Of a stretch of DNA of 64,000 nt, positions 23,988 through 34,863 are shown piece by piece (the stretch's first letter is position 1; every line of letters starts with the position of its first letter). Origin of the DNA: an uncultured Clostridia bacterium (GTDB taxonomy: Bacteria > Bacillota > Clostridia > TANB77 > CAG-508); the NCBI GenBank assembly GCA_947629765.1, contig CANREW010000001.1, positions 29,442 to 93,441 on the forward strand, in the 5' to 3' direction. Both the position numbers and the translations under genes were made by a program. The notes below the pieces were generated by a model, which did not search any database, was not told where the DNA came from, and saw only the letters and a list, made by a program, of their open reading frames with translations.

Positions 23988-24413
23988 ATGACTAATGAAC
24001 AATTCAATATTATAGTTGGTGAATTGCAGAAGATTAATACGAGATTAGATAATCTTGATACAAGACTAGGAAATGTAGAGACGAGATTAGACAATATCGA
24101 AACAAGACTAGAAAATGTAGAGACGAGATTAGATAATCTTGAAAAAAGAGTTGCTAATTTAGAAGAAACTGTGCAAATGCTAAGAGATTATTTATATAAA
24201 CATGAAAGAGAACAAATTATTTGGCAACAAAAAATCGAAAAAGAGTTAAGACATTGGAATAGAATTTTAATAAGATACGAAGCTACACTTAATTCTAGAT
24301 TTGAAGAACAAGATGATATGATTGAAGAAATAGCGACAGGTTTAAAAGCTGCAATAGATTTAGCAACAAAAAATCAAAAAAACATAATAAAATTGCAAAA
24401 TCTTAATGCTTAA
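23988..24413 (+). CDS. coiled-coil heptad-repeat protein (function unknown)
   Basis: ...DTRLGNVETRLDNIETRLENVETRLDNLEKRVANLEE..., encoded by tandem 21/42-bp DNA repeats near 24050..24140. AAAGGAGG RBS. Sits where ribF is often found after truB. Confidence 0.5.
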   Translation: MTNEQFNIIVGELQKINTRLDNLDTRLGNVETRLDNIETRLENVETRLDNLEKRVANLEETVQMLRDYLYKHEREQIIWQQKIEKELRHWNRILIRYEATLNSRFEEQDDMIEEIATGLKAAIDLATKNQKNIIKLQNLNA

Positions 24414-24593
24414 TTCACAAACTATTTTATTTCAAAAAATGCAAATATTCTTTTGCAAAAAACAAATGGGGGAAAAGCAGATGCTTTATAAATGAACATA
24501 TAAAAAATGTTTATTTACAAGGCATCTGCTTTTATATAAATAAAAATAGTCCCTAAAAATTAGAGACTATTTTTGTATATGGAATAGCTAAAA

Positions 24594-24974
24594 CTACATT
24601 TCCTGATCGCCAGGAATGAAATAATCAATTATACCATATATTAAGGCACCTATTATTGCAGCTATCCAGGAAATTGAATATCCTGCGACAAAATATTGTG
24701 TTACATATAGAGTTATAGCAGCTAAAACAAAACCAACGAAGCCTTTACCAAAAGGAGTAGCTTGTAGCCCTGTAAATTTAACTATTAAATAATCTATAAC
24801 TGTTAAAACTATAGCAGCAAGACCTAAAGACCAAATATTATTTATAGAAAATCCGGGTGTAAAGAAAGCTGTTATACCTAAAACTATCGCAGCTACAACA
24901 AGTCTACCTACTATTTGCCATACAGTACTAGCCGTATTTGTATTGCTTCTAGAACTTGTTTGATTATTGTCCAT
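24594..24974 (-). CDS. small multi-pass membrane protein (DUF360/YvlD-like)
   Basis: 126 aa. Polar N-terminus followed by four hydrophobic segments rich in Gly/Ala/Ile. Confidence 0.45.
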   Translation of the reverse strand: MDNNQTSSRSNTNTASTVWQIVGRLVVAAIVLGITAFFTPGFSINNIWSLGLAAIVLTVIDYLIVKFTGLQATPFGKGFVGFVLAAITLYVTQYFVAGYSISWIAAIIGALIYGIIDYFIPGDQEM

Positions 24975-25140
24975 TTTTACAAAACCCCCTTAAATTTAAT
25001 CTGCAATTAAATGAAAGAAAAAATTTTCTTCAGATATATTATAAACAAAAAAATTTTTTTTATTCAAAAGTAGAATATTTTAAAATAAAATGAAAAGAAT
25101 ATATATGTATGCAAAATTTTGGATTTTAAATGGAGGTTTT

Positions 25141-25822
25141 ATGCTAATTACATTTTTAAGATCAATTGTACTATATATAATCATTTTGATAGTAATGAGA
25201 CTAATGGGAAAAAGAGAAATTGGGCAACTACAACCATTTGAACTTGTAATTGCTATACTTATTGCAGACTTAGCTTCAATTCCAATGGCAGAAATTGGAA
25301 TACCGTTAGAAAATGGAATTATTCCAATACTTGGACTTTTGGTTATGCACTTAGTTATTTCTGTAATAAATATGAAAAGCATACGAGCAAGAGAAATAAT
25401 TTGTGGAAAACCAAGGATTCTAATATATAGAGGAAAAATAAATGAAGAAGCTTTAAGAAGAGAAAGATTTACACTAAGTGAATTAGAAGAAAGATTAAGA
25501 GGAAACAATATAATTTCATTAGGAGATGTAGAATATGCAATACTTGAAACGAGTCGGTGGTCTTACAGTAATACCAAAACCAAGTAAAAGAAATACAATT
25601 CCAGAAGATTTTGGCATAGAACCTGAATACGAAGGAATTCCTTATGATTTAGTAATAGATGGAACGGTTATGGAAGATAATCTAAAGAACATAGGCAAAG
25701 ACTATAATTGGCTAAAAAAACAAGTGGAAAAATTTGGTATAAAACCTGAAGAAGCGCTAATTGTGACTTTTGATGGTAAAGAGCAGATTTTTTGCCAAAA
25801 GAAAGGGAAGATTGATAAATGA
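25141..25822 (+). pseudogene. DUF421 (YetF-like) membrane protein, interrupted by a 1-nt C insertion near 25555
   Basis: MLITFLRSIVLYIIILIVMRLMGKREIGQLQPFELV... Removing the C in agt C ggt ggt joins ...DVEYAILETSGGLTVIPKPSKRNTIPEDFGIEPEYEGIPYDLVIDG... Confidence 0.65.
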
Positions 25823-26202
25823 AAAGAGAAATACTTATAGCATTTATAATTATTATTTTAATAGTTATTTTAAATATTATCACAGCAAATTATACCAATA
25901 AATCAATGGAAGACATAACATCAGATTTAGATAAAATTAGAATTCAGCTAGTTTCAAAAAATAAGGAAAATTTAAATGATAGTATAGATAATGTTATTAA
26001 AAAATGGGAAGAAAAAAAGAATATACTTGCTTTTTATATTGAACACACAGAACTTGAAAAAATGGAACTGTATCTTCACGAGCTCGATAGTAATGTTGAA
26101 ACAGATGAATTTAATATTGCTATTCAATCATTAGATAGTTGCAATTTTATGGCATCACATATTAGGGATAAATACGAAGTAGCACTTAAAAATATATTCT
26201 AG
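25819..26202 (+). CDS. small membrane-anchored protein (DUF4363-like)
   Basis: MKREILIAFIIIILIVILNIITANY... with an N-terminal TM helix. Overlaps the upstream stop (ATGA). Confidence 0.4.
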   Translation: MKREILIAFIIIILIVILNIITANYTNKSMEDITSDLDKIRIQLVSKNKENLNDSIDNVIKKWEEKKNILAFYIEHTELEKMELYLHELDSNVETDEFNIAIQSLDSCNFMASHIRDKYEVALKNIF

Positions 26203-26360
26203 AAAAATGCAATAATATTTATTTTAAAGATACTTGTTTTTTTAAATCTTTTAATAAATATTATTGTATTTTTAGTTATAAAAACAAATCCTTTTTCCTT
26301 GCTTTTTCTAGTCTTTTGATATATAATATTACATATTATAATTGGAGGTAAATTTTATTT

Positions 26361-27860
26361 ATGAACGAAAACGAAAACAATGAAATGGAACAAGATGTAA
26401 ATCACTTAATACAGATAAGAAGGGATAAATTACAAGAACTTACTGATAATGGAAAAAATCCATTTGAAATAACTAAATATAATAGAACACATACAAGCAA
26501 AGAAGTTAAAGATAATTATGATGAATTAGAAGGAAAAGATGTATCTGTTGCTGGAAGAATAATGTCAAAAAGAATAATGGGAAAAGCATCTTTTTGTACA
26601 ATACAAGATAGTCAAGGAAATATCCAAAGCTATGTTAGTACAAATGATTTAGGAGAAGAAAGTTACAAAGAATTTAAAACTTATGATGTAGGAGATATAG
26701 TAGGAATAACTGGTTTTGTATTTAAAACAAGAACAGAAGAAATCTCAGTACACGCAAAAGAAATAATACTTCTTTCTAAATCTTTAAGACCACTTCCAGA
26801 AAAATTCCATGGGCTAAAAGATACAGATTTAAGATATAGACAAAGATATGTAGATTTAATAGTAAATCCAGAAGTAAAAGATACCTTTATAAAAAGAAGT
26901 CAAATAATAAGTGAGATAAGAAAAGTTTTAGACGAAAAAGGATACTTAGAAGTTGAAACACCTATACTTAATACAATATCAGGAGGAGCAACAGCAAGAC
27001 CATTTATAACACACCATAACACATTAGACTTAGATATGTATTTAAGAATTGCAACAGAATTAAACTTAAAAAGGCTTATAGTAGGTGGATATGATAAAGT
27101 TTATGAAATAGGTAGGATATTTAGAAATGAAGGGATGGATATAAGACATAATCCTGAATTTACATCTATTGAGTTATATTCTGCTTTTGAAGACTACAAC
27201 GATATGATGGATATAACAGAAGAACTATTTAAAAGATGTGCTGAAAGGGTTTGCAATACAACAAAAATAACTTATCAAGGAACTGAAATAGATCTTGGTA
27301 CAAAATGGAAAAGAGTTACAATGATAGATAGCATAAAAGAAGCTTGTGGAGTAGATTTTAATAAAATAGAGACTGACGAAGAAGCTGTAGCTTTAGCAAA
27401 AGAAAGAAATATTGAGATTCCAAAAGGCAAAGAAACAAGAGGACATATAATAAGCTTATTCTTTGACGAATATGTAGAAAAAACATTGGTACAGCCAACA
27501 TTTGTATATGATTATCCAATAGAAATATCTCCACTTGCTAAAAAGAAAAAGGATGACCCAAGACTTGTAGAGAGATTTGAAGCATTTATTTGCGGCAGAG
27601 AATATGGAAATGCCTTCTCAGAATTAAATGACCCAATTGATCAATATGAGAGATTTAAAGAAGAAATTGCAGCAAGAGAAAATGGAGATGAAGAAGCAGG
27701 TATGATGGATGAGGACTATGTAAATGCCCTAGAAATAGGACTTCCACCAACTGGAGGACTTGGAATTGGAATAGATAGATTAGTAATGCTTCTTACAGAT
27801 TCAGTATCTATAAGAGATGTGCTATTATTCCCAACTATGAAGCCACTTTCAGACCATTAA
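26361..27860 (+). CDS. lysS: lysine--tRNA ligase (class II)
   Basis: 499 aa. ...[21 protein letters not shown]..., ...[20 protein letters not shown]..., ...[16 protein letters not shown]... Confidence 0.9.
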   Translation: MNENENNEMEQDVNHLIQIRRDKLQELTDNGKNPFEITKYNRTHTSKEVKDNYDELEGKDVSVAGRIMSKRIMGKASFCTIQDSQGNIQSYVSTNDLGEESYKEFKTYDVGDIVGITGFVFKTRTEEISVHAKEIILLSKSLRPLPEKFHGLKDTDLRYRQRYVDLIVNPEVKDTFIKRSQIISEIRKVLDEKGYLEVETPILNTISGGATARPFITHHNTLDLDMYLRIATELNLKRLIVGGYDKVYEIGRIFRNEGMDIRHNPEFTSIELYSAFEDYNDMMDITEELFKRCAERVCNTTKITYQGTEIDLGTKWKRVTMIDSIKEACGVDFNKIETDEEAVALAKERNIEIPKGKETRGHIISLFFDEYVEKTLVQPTFVYDYPIEISPLAKKKKDDPRLVERFEAFICGREYGNAFSELNDPIDQYERFKEEIAARENGDEEAGMMDEDYVNALEIGLPPTGGLGIGIDRLVMLLTDSVSIRDVLLFPTMKPLSDH

Positions 27861-27921
27861 TACAGAGAACCACATTTTAACTATTGAAAACTAATAGAAA
27901 AAATATGTAAAGGAGATTTTA

Positions 27922-28425
27922 ATGAAAGAAGAATTAAGCGATTTCTTAAAAACTGCATATAAATATGGCAAAGTTAAAGATGTAAAAGAGGCATTTGAAG
28001 AGTATCCTGTGGAAGAAGAATGGCATAAAGGAAATGCAAAAAATTGGATAAAAGAACAGGAAGAAAAATATAATACAGAATGTAAAATTGGTGATATTGT
28101 TTTTGTAAAAGAATATGTATATACTGATGGAAAAATAGGAAAAGATCATCTTTTTGTAATAATAGACCAAGATAATATAGCAGTTCCAATCGAGAATTTT
28201 GGAATGCTTATATCTTCTAATTTAGAAAAACTAAAATTCAAATCAAATAAATTATTAAGGAAAGATAATATAAATAATTTGCATAAAGACAGTATAGTAA
28301 AAACAGATGTTGTATATAAAATATCAAACGAGCAAATATTATTCAAAATTGGAAAAGTTGATAATGAAAAAATAGAAGAATATAAGAAAAGCTTTTATAA
28401 TAATTTAAAAAGTAATAATGATTAA
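27922..28425 (+). CDS. hypothetical protein (167 aa)
   Basis: AAAGGAG RBS. No confident family. A weak PemK-like flavour (IGDIVFV...HLFVIID) is not enough to call it. Confidence 0.4.
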   Translation: MKEELSDFLKTAYKYGKVKDVKEAFEEYPVEEEWHKGNAKNWIKEQEEKYNTECKIGDIVFVKEYVYTDGKIGKDHLFVIIDQDNIAVPIENFGMLISSNLEKLKFKSNKLLRKDNINNLHKDSIVKTDVVYKISNEQILFKIGKVDNEKIEEYKKSFYNNLKSNND

Positions 28426-28588
28426 TAAGTCTTAATAAATTCAATCGCGTAGCCGTAAAAATATGAATTTTTAAAGATAAAAAATAGATTAAACAATAAA
28501 AAATTACTAAATTTTTGAATATTAGAAAATTATATTGACAAAATGCATAAATAAATATAAACTTTAAATATTAAAGGAGGAATTTTAT

Positions 28589-29158
28589 ATGATGGAAAAA
28601 GTAGTAGATACTGAAAAGAAAACTAATCGTTTAGTTCAAATTTTATCAACTAGGAAAGCAAAATATATTGTTGGTACATTAATATTTAGTGGACTTGGAA
28701 TAGCTTTACCTAGAATATTCCACATAATTGGAGGAGCAAATGCAGGAGCAACATTATTGCCAATGCATTTAGCAGTGCTAATATCAGCACTTATATTTGG
28801 ATCAATGAGTAGCTGCATTGTTGCTGGAACATCTGTGATTTTTAGCTACTTACTAACAGGAATGCCAACTCTTGCAAGATTACCATATATGTTAATAGAG
28901 CTTGTTATATATGCATTACTACTTAGTATTTTAAACAAAAAGTTTAATTCGTATGTTTCTCTAATCGGAACTATAATTTTAGGAAGAATTATATATGCAG
29001 GAGTATTATTTGCAGCAATAAATATATTTGGTATGCAAACATATGGAATATCAGTAATGCAAAGTATTATAACAGGATTACCAGGAATTGCATTAGAACT
29101 AATATGTGTACCATTTATAGCTAGAATTATAAAGAAGGGAATCCATTTAGATGACTAA
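28589..29158 (+). CDS. ECF-transporter S-component-like integral membrane protein
   Basis: 189 aa, 5-6 TM helices. GGAGG RBS. Overlaps the downstream DUF1893 gene. Confidence 0.45.
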   Translation: MMEKVVDTEKKTNRLVQILSTRKAKYIVGTLIFSGLGIALPRIFHIIGGANAGATLLPMHLAVLISALIFGSMSSCIVAGTSVIFSYLLTGMPTLARLPYMLIELVIYALLLSILNKKFNSYVSLIGTIILGRIIYAGVLFAAINIFGMQTYGISVMQSIITGLPGIALELICVPFIARIIKKGIHLDD

Positions 29159-29555
29159 GTTAGATGAAGTAAAAGATATATTACATAAAACTAATGCATC
29201 GCTAGTAGTATGTTATGCAAATGGAGAAATCAAAGAATATTATCAAAATAGAATAAAGGATATAAAAGCTATACTGCAAGAAAATAAGGATGCATTAAAA
29301 GGAGCAATAATAGCTGATAAAGTAATTGGTAAGGTTGCAGGCTCAATTTTAGCTATATCTGGGATAAAAGAAATTTATACAGATGTTATAAGTAAACTCG
29401 CTATTCCAGTACTTGAAAAATATGGAATAAGATATGAATTTTTAGAAGAAGTAGAATATATTGAAAATAATGAAAAAACAGGAATGTGTCCAATGGAAAA
29501 TAAATATAAAGATGAACAAAACGAAGAAGTAATATATAAAGAAATGATAGGATAA
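29151..29555 (+). CDS. DUF1893-like protein
   Basis: MTKLDEVKDILHKTNASLVVCYANGEIKEYYQNRIKDIKAIL...DKVIGKVAGSILAISGIKEIYTDVIS... Confidence 0.45.
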   Translation: MTKLDEVKDILHKTNASLVVCYANGEIKEYYQNRIKDIKAILQENKDALKGAIIADKVIGKVAGSILAISGIKEIYTDVISKLAIPVLEKYGIRYEFLEEVEYIENNEKTGMCPMENKYKDEQNEEVIYKEMIG

Positions 29556-29740
29556 GAAAAGACATATCTCAAGAAAATGAGATATGTTTTTTCTTTTACC
29601 CTAATATTACAGTTTCTTTACAATTGTGTGAAAAGAATTGACTAAGAATAATTAAAAATGTTATACTATATATGTCGAAAATTACGATAAAACTTGATAA
29701 AAATAGGAAAAAAATCATAATTTGTAAAGAAGGGCTATAG

Positions 29741-31417
29741 ATGAGTAAAAAAAGGTATTTTATGAAAAAAATAATATCAATGCAATTACTTTTAATAGTA
29801 ATTTTAGCAATGATTTTTAATATAATTATTGGTGTAAGTACAAGTTATGCAGCAACTACATATAAACAAGAGAAAAAACAAGGAATTGATGCTTTCCCTG
29901 AAAGCTATAAGAGTTATTTAAAAGAATTACAAAATCTACATCCAGATTGGTCATTTACAGCATTTAATACAGGAATGACTTGGAAAGATTTTATATCAAA
30001 AGAAACAAATTCACATTTAAAAAATACAGTACATAATTCTTCTGATGCTTTATGGAAGGATAGCTGCAATAAAGTAGCAAGTGGATATGCTTGTGCCTCA
30101 CAAGCAATTCTTGAATATTATGCAGATCCAAGAAACTTTTTAACAGAATCTAGTATATTTCAATTTTTAGAGATGACATACAATTCATCAGTACATACAA
30201 AAGCAGGAGTTGATAGTATTCTAAAGGGCTCTTTTATGGATAAGACAGTTACTATATCTGGAAGTAAGACTGACACTTCTATTAAAGCAAAAATTAGTGG
30301 AGAATATATATTGGCAACACCAAATAATAAAATTCAAGATATAGCTAATAATTTAAATATATCTCAATACAAGATAAAAGATTCATCAAATAAAGAAATC
30401 TCAAATTCAACAAATGTTGCAACAGATTATATTTTTATAGATAGTTCAAATAATAAAACATATACAATAGTAACAATAGGAGACATAAATAGCGATGGTA
30501 ATATAGATGCTGTTGATTATATAAGGCTAAAAAATAGAATTGCAGGAAGAACTAAATTATCAAAGACACAAGAATTATCTGCTGATACATTAATAGATAA
30601 TACAATTGAAGCAACTGACTATATTAGACTTAAAAATTTTATTGCAGGAAGATCTAAAATAGAATTATCATCAACGAAGGTAGAAACAATGTCATATGCA
30701 GAAATAATAATGAAAGCAGCGGAAGAAAGTGGAATAAGCCCATATAGCATTGCAATAAAAATATTCCAAGAAGTTGGAAGACAAGGAAGTAGTTCAGTTA
30801 CAGGAACATATCAAGGATATGAAGGGTATTATAACTTCTTTAATTACGGAGCATATGATTCAGGAAACGCTATTGCAAATGGATTAAAATATGCAAAGGA
30901 TAAAGGATGGAATAATCAATACATATCAATTGTAGAAGGCGCAAAACTTATGGCAAATTCATATGTAAGCGTAGGACAAAATACAGCATATTTTTATAAA
31001 TTTGATGTGGTGGATGAAGGCAAAAATGGAGTTTGTTCACATCAATATATGACAAATATACAAGACCCAGCAAGTCAAGCAACAACTTTATATAATACAT
31101 ATGCTAAAAACAATATGTTAAATGTTGCATTAAATTTTGTAATACCAGTATTTAATGATATGCCAAGCAGATGTGGATTACCAGGTCAGATAGATTCAAA
31201 TCTTGATACATCATATTATATAAATGGTACAGGAGTTAATTTAAGAAACAATCCAACTACATCTGCAAATTCAATCGGAACTCTTACTTTAAATGAGGTT
31301 GTTACAGTAGAAAACTTTAATGTTGGAAGTTCAGACGGATATAATTGGGCCAAAATAAAAAGAGGAAATGGAACAACAGGTTATGTTGCAAATAAATATT
31401 TAACAAAATGTAAGTAA
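29741..31417 (+). CDS. secreted peptidoglycan hydrolase: N-acetylglucosaminidase (LYZ2-like) with dockerin-like repeats and C-terminal SH3b domain
   Basis: Signal peptide. Duplicated DxNxDGxIDxxDYxxLKNxIAG motifs (dockerin-like). A glucosaminidase core (GISPYSIAIKIFQEVG...YFYKFDVVDEGKNGVCSHQYMTNIQDPASQA). Ends with ...GYNWAKIKRGNGTTGYVANKYL (SH3b). Confidence 0.6.
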   Translation: MSKKRYFMKKIISMQLLLIVILAMIFNIIIGVSTSYAATTYKQEKKQGIDAFPESYKSYLKELQNLHPDWSFTAFNTGMTWKDFISKETNSHLKNTVHNSSDALWKDSCNKVASGYACASQAILEYYADPRNFLTESSIFQFLEMTYNSSVHTKAGVDSILKGSFMDKTVTISGSKTDTSIKAKISGEYILATPNNKIQDIANNLNISQYKIKDSSNKEISNSTNVATDYIFIDSSNNKTYTIVTIGDINSDGNIDAVDYIRLKNRIAGRTKLSKTQELSADTLIDNTIEATDYIRLKNFIAGRSKIELSSTKVETMSYAEIIMKAAEESGISPYSIAIKIFQEVGRQGSSSVTGTYQGYEGYYNFFNYGAYDSGNAIANGLKYAKDKGWNNQYISIVEGAKLMANSYVSVGQNTAYFYKFDVVDEGKNGVCSHQYMTNIQDPASQATTLYNTYAKNNMLNVALNFVIPVFNDMPSRCGLPGQIDSNLDTSYYINGTGVNLRNNPTTSANSIGTLTLNEVVTVENFNVGSSDGYNWAKIKRGNGTTGYVANKYLTKCK

Positions 31418-31444
31418 AATTTAAAATGAAAGGAAAGAAGATTA

Positions 31445-32695
31445 ATGAATAAAAAGATATTGTATAAGGCAATTTTAATACTATTTTTAATACTCATATT
31501 TACAACTACTGCTCAAATGAAAATATATGCAGCTAAAGGTAGTGCATCTGCAAGCATAGGAACAACTAAGCTAGAAGTAGGGAAGACTACGAAATTAACA
31601 GTTACGGCAACAAATTGTTTTATTGGGTATGAAATAACATCTTCAAATCCAAATATAGTAAGTGTTAGTTCATCAAAAGATGAGTTCGATACTGAATATG
31701 AGAAAACAGATAGTAGGAGTTATACAGTAACTGCAAAACAAGCTGGAAGTGCAACAATTACTGTTAAATCATATACAGCTTCTGGATATGATGAAGGAAA
31801 ATTCTCATTATCAAAAACTTTCACAATAACAGTTACAGCACCAAGTTCTGGTGGCACAACAACTGAAAAACCAAATAATAATAATAATACATCTTCAAAA
31901 TCATCTGATGCTACATTAAAATCTATTACAGTTGGTGGAAAAACTTATTCAAAACCAAGCACAAGTATTACTGCACCTAATGCTAGTTCAGATACTTCAT
32001 CAATAAAAATAAGTGCTGCAGTAAATAATTCAAAAGCAAAAGTAAGTGGAACAGGAACAAAAGATTTAAAGACAGGAACAAATAAATTTACTTTAAAAGT
32101 TACAGCGGAAAATGGAAATACTAAAACATATACAATTACAGTAGTTAGACTTGCAGAAGAAAGTGAAGAACCAAATTTACCTGATGAAGAAAAACCAGAT
32201 GTTAATCAATTAAAACTTACTTCACTTCAAATAGAAGGAGCAGAGTTATCACCAGACTTTAAAGATGACGTATTTGAATATTCTACATATATATTTGATT
32301 CAACTGAGGTAAAAATAAATGCAGTAGCAAATGATCCAGAGGCTAAAGTAGAAATCACAGGTAATACAAATTTAGTAGATGGTGAAAACATTGTAGTTAT
32401 AAAATTAACTAAAGGAGAGACTTCTGTAGAATATAAAGTAAAAGTAAATAAAATGCAGCTTGAGCCATTAGAGGAAACGCAAGATAGTAATATAGAGGAA
32501 GAACCAAAAACATCTAAAATTGCAGAACTATGGAATAGATATGGACTTATTATGATAGTATATTCTACAATTTTAATAAGTACAGGAGTTGCTATTGGAT
32601 TTGGAATAACTAATTATAAAAATAGTGATAAAACAAAGAAAGAAAAACCAATTTCTAAACATAGTAAAGTAGATTTTAAGAAAGAAGATAAATAA
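31445..32695 (+). CDS. surface protein with cadherin-like beta-sandwich repeats and C-terminal TM anchor
   Basis: Signal peptide. Repeats SDATLKSITVGG...TYTITVVR and LKLTSLQIEGAELSPDF...YKVKVNK. C-terminal TM helix with a basic tail. Confidence 0.5.
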   Translation: MNKKILYKAILILFLILIFTTTAQMKIYAAKGSASASIGTTKLEVGKTTKLTVTATNCFIGYEITSSNPNIVSVSSSKDEFDTEYEKTDSRSYTVTAKQAGSATITVKSYTASGYDEGKFSLSKTFTITVTAPSSGGTTTEKPNNNNNTSSKSSDATLKSITVGGKTYSKPSTSITAPNASSDTSSIKISAAVNNSKAKVSGTGTKDLKTGTNKFTLKVTAENGNTKTYTITVVRLAEESEEPNLPDEEKPDVNQLKLTSLQIEGAELSPDFKDDVFEYSTYIFDSTEVKINAVANDPEAKVEITGNTNLVDGENIVVIKLTKGETSVEYKVKVNKMQLEPLEETQDSNIEEEPKTSKIAELWNRYGLIMIVYSTILISTGVAIGFGITNYKNSDKTKKEKPISKHSKVDFKKEDK

Positions 32696-32821
32696 AATAC
32701 AAAAAATGATAAAAATTTCTAAAAAAACACAAAAAAACTTAAAAAAGGGTTGCAAAATTTTTAAATTTGTAGTATAAATATATTTAGATAATTTATAATA
32801 ATATTATTAAAGGAGAGTCAT

Positions 32822-33196
32822 ATGAAAAAAATTATTTTAAGTAAAACATTAGTGATGTTAGTAATAGTTGCTATAATATGTTGTATATCAACAATAAATT
32901 TCGCAGGAACAGTTGATTTAAATCAATTACCTAATGGTAATAATATATCTACCAACGATATACCTAAAATAGATCAAATAAATGGTACATCTAATAACGC
33001 AACAGCTAACAATGCAACAACAAATAATACAACAAACAATACAACTAATATAATAGGAACTACAAATAGAACAGGAAATACCACTGGAACATTACCAAAA
33101 ACAGGTGTTGATGATACAATAATGTGGGTTCTTATTGGAGCAAGTGTTATAGCTGCAATATATACTTATAAAAAAGTTAGAGATTATAATGTATAA
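32822..33196 (+). CDS. LPXTG cell-wall-anchored protein (Asn/Thr-rich)
   Basis: Signal peptide, N/T-rich low-complexity region, LPKTG motif, hydrophobic segment, then KKVRDYNV tail. Confidence 0.7.
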   Translation: MKKIILSKTLVMLVIVAIICCISTINFAGTVDLNQLPNGNNISTNDIPKIDQINGTSNNATANNATTNNTTNNTTNIIGTTNRTGNTTGTLPKTGVDDTIMWVLIGASVIAAIYTYKKVRDYNV

Positions 33197-33253
33197 TTGA
33201 TATAAATTAAAGAGATTAGAAAAGAACAATTTTATAGATTGTTCTTTTTTGCG

Positions 33254-33922
33254 TTACTGAATTGCCTCTGCTTTAATGATAGTTCTATAATGATTGTCAA
33301 ATCTATTGCAGGTAACCAATGTAACAATTTTTTTATTATTTGTATTTTGATTTATACAATCTAAATTTGTTGAATCTGATTTATAGGTATCATATACCAT
33401 ATAATCTAAAAAATTTCCAGTTGCATCGCCGATAGTTATTAAGTCACCATTTGATAATATATGAAGATTACTGAAAAAAGAATTATTTTTGTAATTGTGT
33501 GCTGCAATACAAAGATTACCAATTTCATTAGGATTAGGGCCATAAAATCTACAAGTTGCGACCTTTAATAAATCATTACTTATTTCTGATGATATTGGAT
33601 ATACTATATTAAGCTTAGGAATTTTTATTATTCCTATTACTGAAAAATTATTTCCTTCATAAAAGTAGATATCTTTATTTACGAAGTCAGTAGTATAATT
33701 AGAATCTTCTGAATAAAGCGTAGCTATATTAAAATTATCTATAAGTTTTGTAGAAATTTTTTCAGATTTATATAAGCTATATCTAAAAAATATATAGTAT
33801 GTGACAAGAACAGCAGTTACTAAAATTAAAATATAAAATTGCAATCTATAAAAATACTTTTTATTTAATTTGTTATTTGGAAATTTTATATTTGAGCTAT
33901 TAGTACATATAATTTGATTCAT
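33254..33922 (-). CDS. sortase-family transpeptidase
   Basis: N-terminal TM. Contains ...CIAAHNY... and ...KIVTLVTCNRF... (TLxTC catalytic motif). Adjacent to the LPXTG substrate gene. Confidence 0.7.
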   Translation of the reverse strand: MNQIICTNSSNIKFPNNKLNKKYFYRLQFYILILVTAVLVTYYIFFRYSLYKSEKISTKLIDNFNIATLYSEDSNYTTDFVNKDIYFYEGNNFSVIGIIKIPKLNIVYPISSEISNDLLKVATCRFYGPNPNEIGNLCIAAHNYKNNSFFSNLHILSNGDLITIGDATGNFLDYMVYDTYKSDSTNLDCINQNTNNKKIVTLVTCNRFDNHYRTIIKAEAIQ

Positions 33923-34019
33923 AACAAATACTCCTATAAAAATTTACTATAATATTCTTTGCTTTTGTTGATAAAAAAATTCGTTTATGATAAAATTAAA
34001 AAACAAGGAGGAAAAACAG

Positions 34020-34478
34020 ATGAAAAATTTAACCACATATTTATTTGTAATGTTTATGATAATGTTTTGGGTATTTAGAATCATAGTAGCAGTTTGCTTT
34101 AATTTAGGAATTAATTTTATTGTAACACCAATGGATTTAAATTTTGAGGTAATACTATTATTTTTAACATTTATATCATTGATATTGGTAGTAAAGAGAA
34201 GTGTATTAGGTGGAATTATATATTTGATAGGAAATGGCTTATATTTTGGAGCAAGCATATTTAATGCTATATCACAAACACAAGGTACATCAGACTATAT
34301 GAATATATTTATTTCATTTATTGGAATAGTACTACCATTACTTGTTTTATTTGATTTATTATTAGATAAAAATAGAAAGGCACACCCAGTAGATAAAAAG
34401 ACAGATTGGTTTTATAAAAATAAAGATTATGATAGAAAATTTGATGAAAGAGCAGATAGAAATGAATATAAATTCTAA
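34020..34478 (+). CDS. integral membrane protein (4 TM)
   Basis: AAGGAGG RBS. Translation MKNLTTYLFVMFMIMFWVFRIIVAVCFNLG... Confidence 0.4.
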   Translation: MKNLTTYLFVMFMIMFWVFRIIVAVCFNLGINFIVTPMDLNFEVILLFLTFISLILVVKRSVLGGIIYLIGNGLYFGASIFNAISQTQGTSDYMNIFISFIGIVLPLLVLFDLLLDKNRKAHPVDKKTDWFYKNKDYDRKFDERADRNEYKF

Positions 34479-34527
34479 AAAATATACAAAAAAAAGAGGG
34501 TTCCTATTCTAGGACACCCTCTTTTAG

Positions 34528-34863
34528 TTATTCTATGATTTGGAATTTGCTAATGTATTGGCTAATGTATTGGTTGTTCTTTCTCTTGCAATACTCTGCA
34601 AGCCGCATATAAGCGCCCTCGGTTCGACCTTGAATGTGTTCGTATACTGCGCGATACACATTAGGATGACGCTCAGCAACACGATCCAAAGTACTAACAA
34701 AAGAGCAATATGGATTATGATCCCCACACATTTCAGTAGCGGGCTTATCTTCTGGGCAGGAGCTTATTGTTCCTGCAAACTCCCACGCTGTATGTCGTAC
34801 CTTGCCATCGCTTAGCAACTCAATTGAATAACCACTATTCCACCCAGTATGTACCTCGAATTT
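34528..34863 (-). CDS. hypothetical protein in a GC-rich (~47%) island, horizontally acquired
   Basis: GGAGG RBS. Translation MKFEVHTGWNSGYSIELLSDGKVRHTAWEFAGTISSCPEDKPATEMCGDHNPYCSF... Base composition departs sharply from its surroundings and it carries an in-frame CGG (atg cgg ctt). Confidence 0.5.
   Translation of the reverse strand, partial: KFEVHTGWNSGYSIELLSDGKVRHTAWEFAGTISSCPEDKPATEMCGDHNPYCSFVSTLDRVAERHPNVYRAVYEHIQGRTEGAYMRLAEYCKRKNNQYISQYISKFQIIE

Noticed and set aside
27922-28425. Possible PemK/MazF-like toxin call for the 167-aa ORF
   Set aside because: There is only a weak motif resemblance (IGDIVFV...HLFVIID), no adjacent antitoxin-like ORF and a long unrelated C-terminal region. 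Left as hypothetical.
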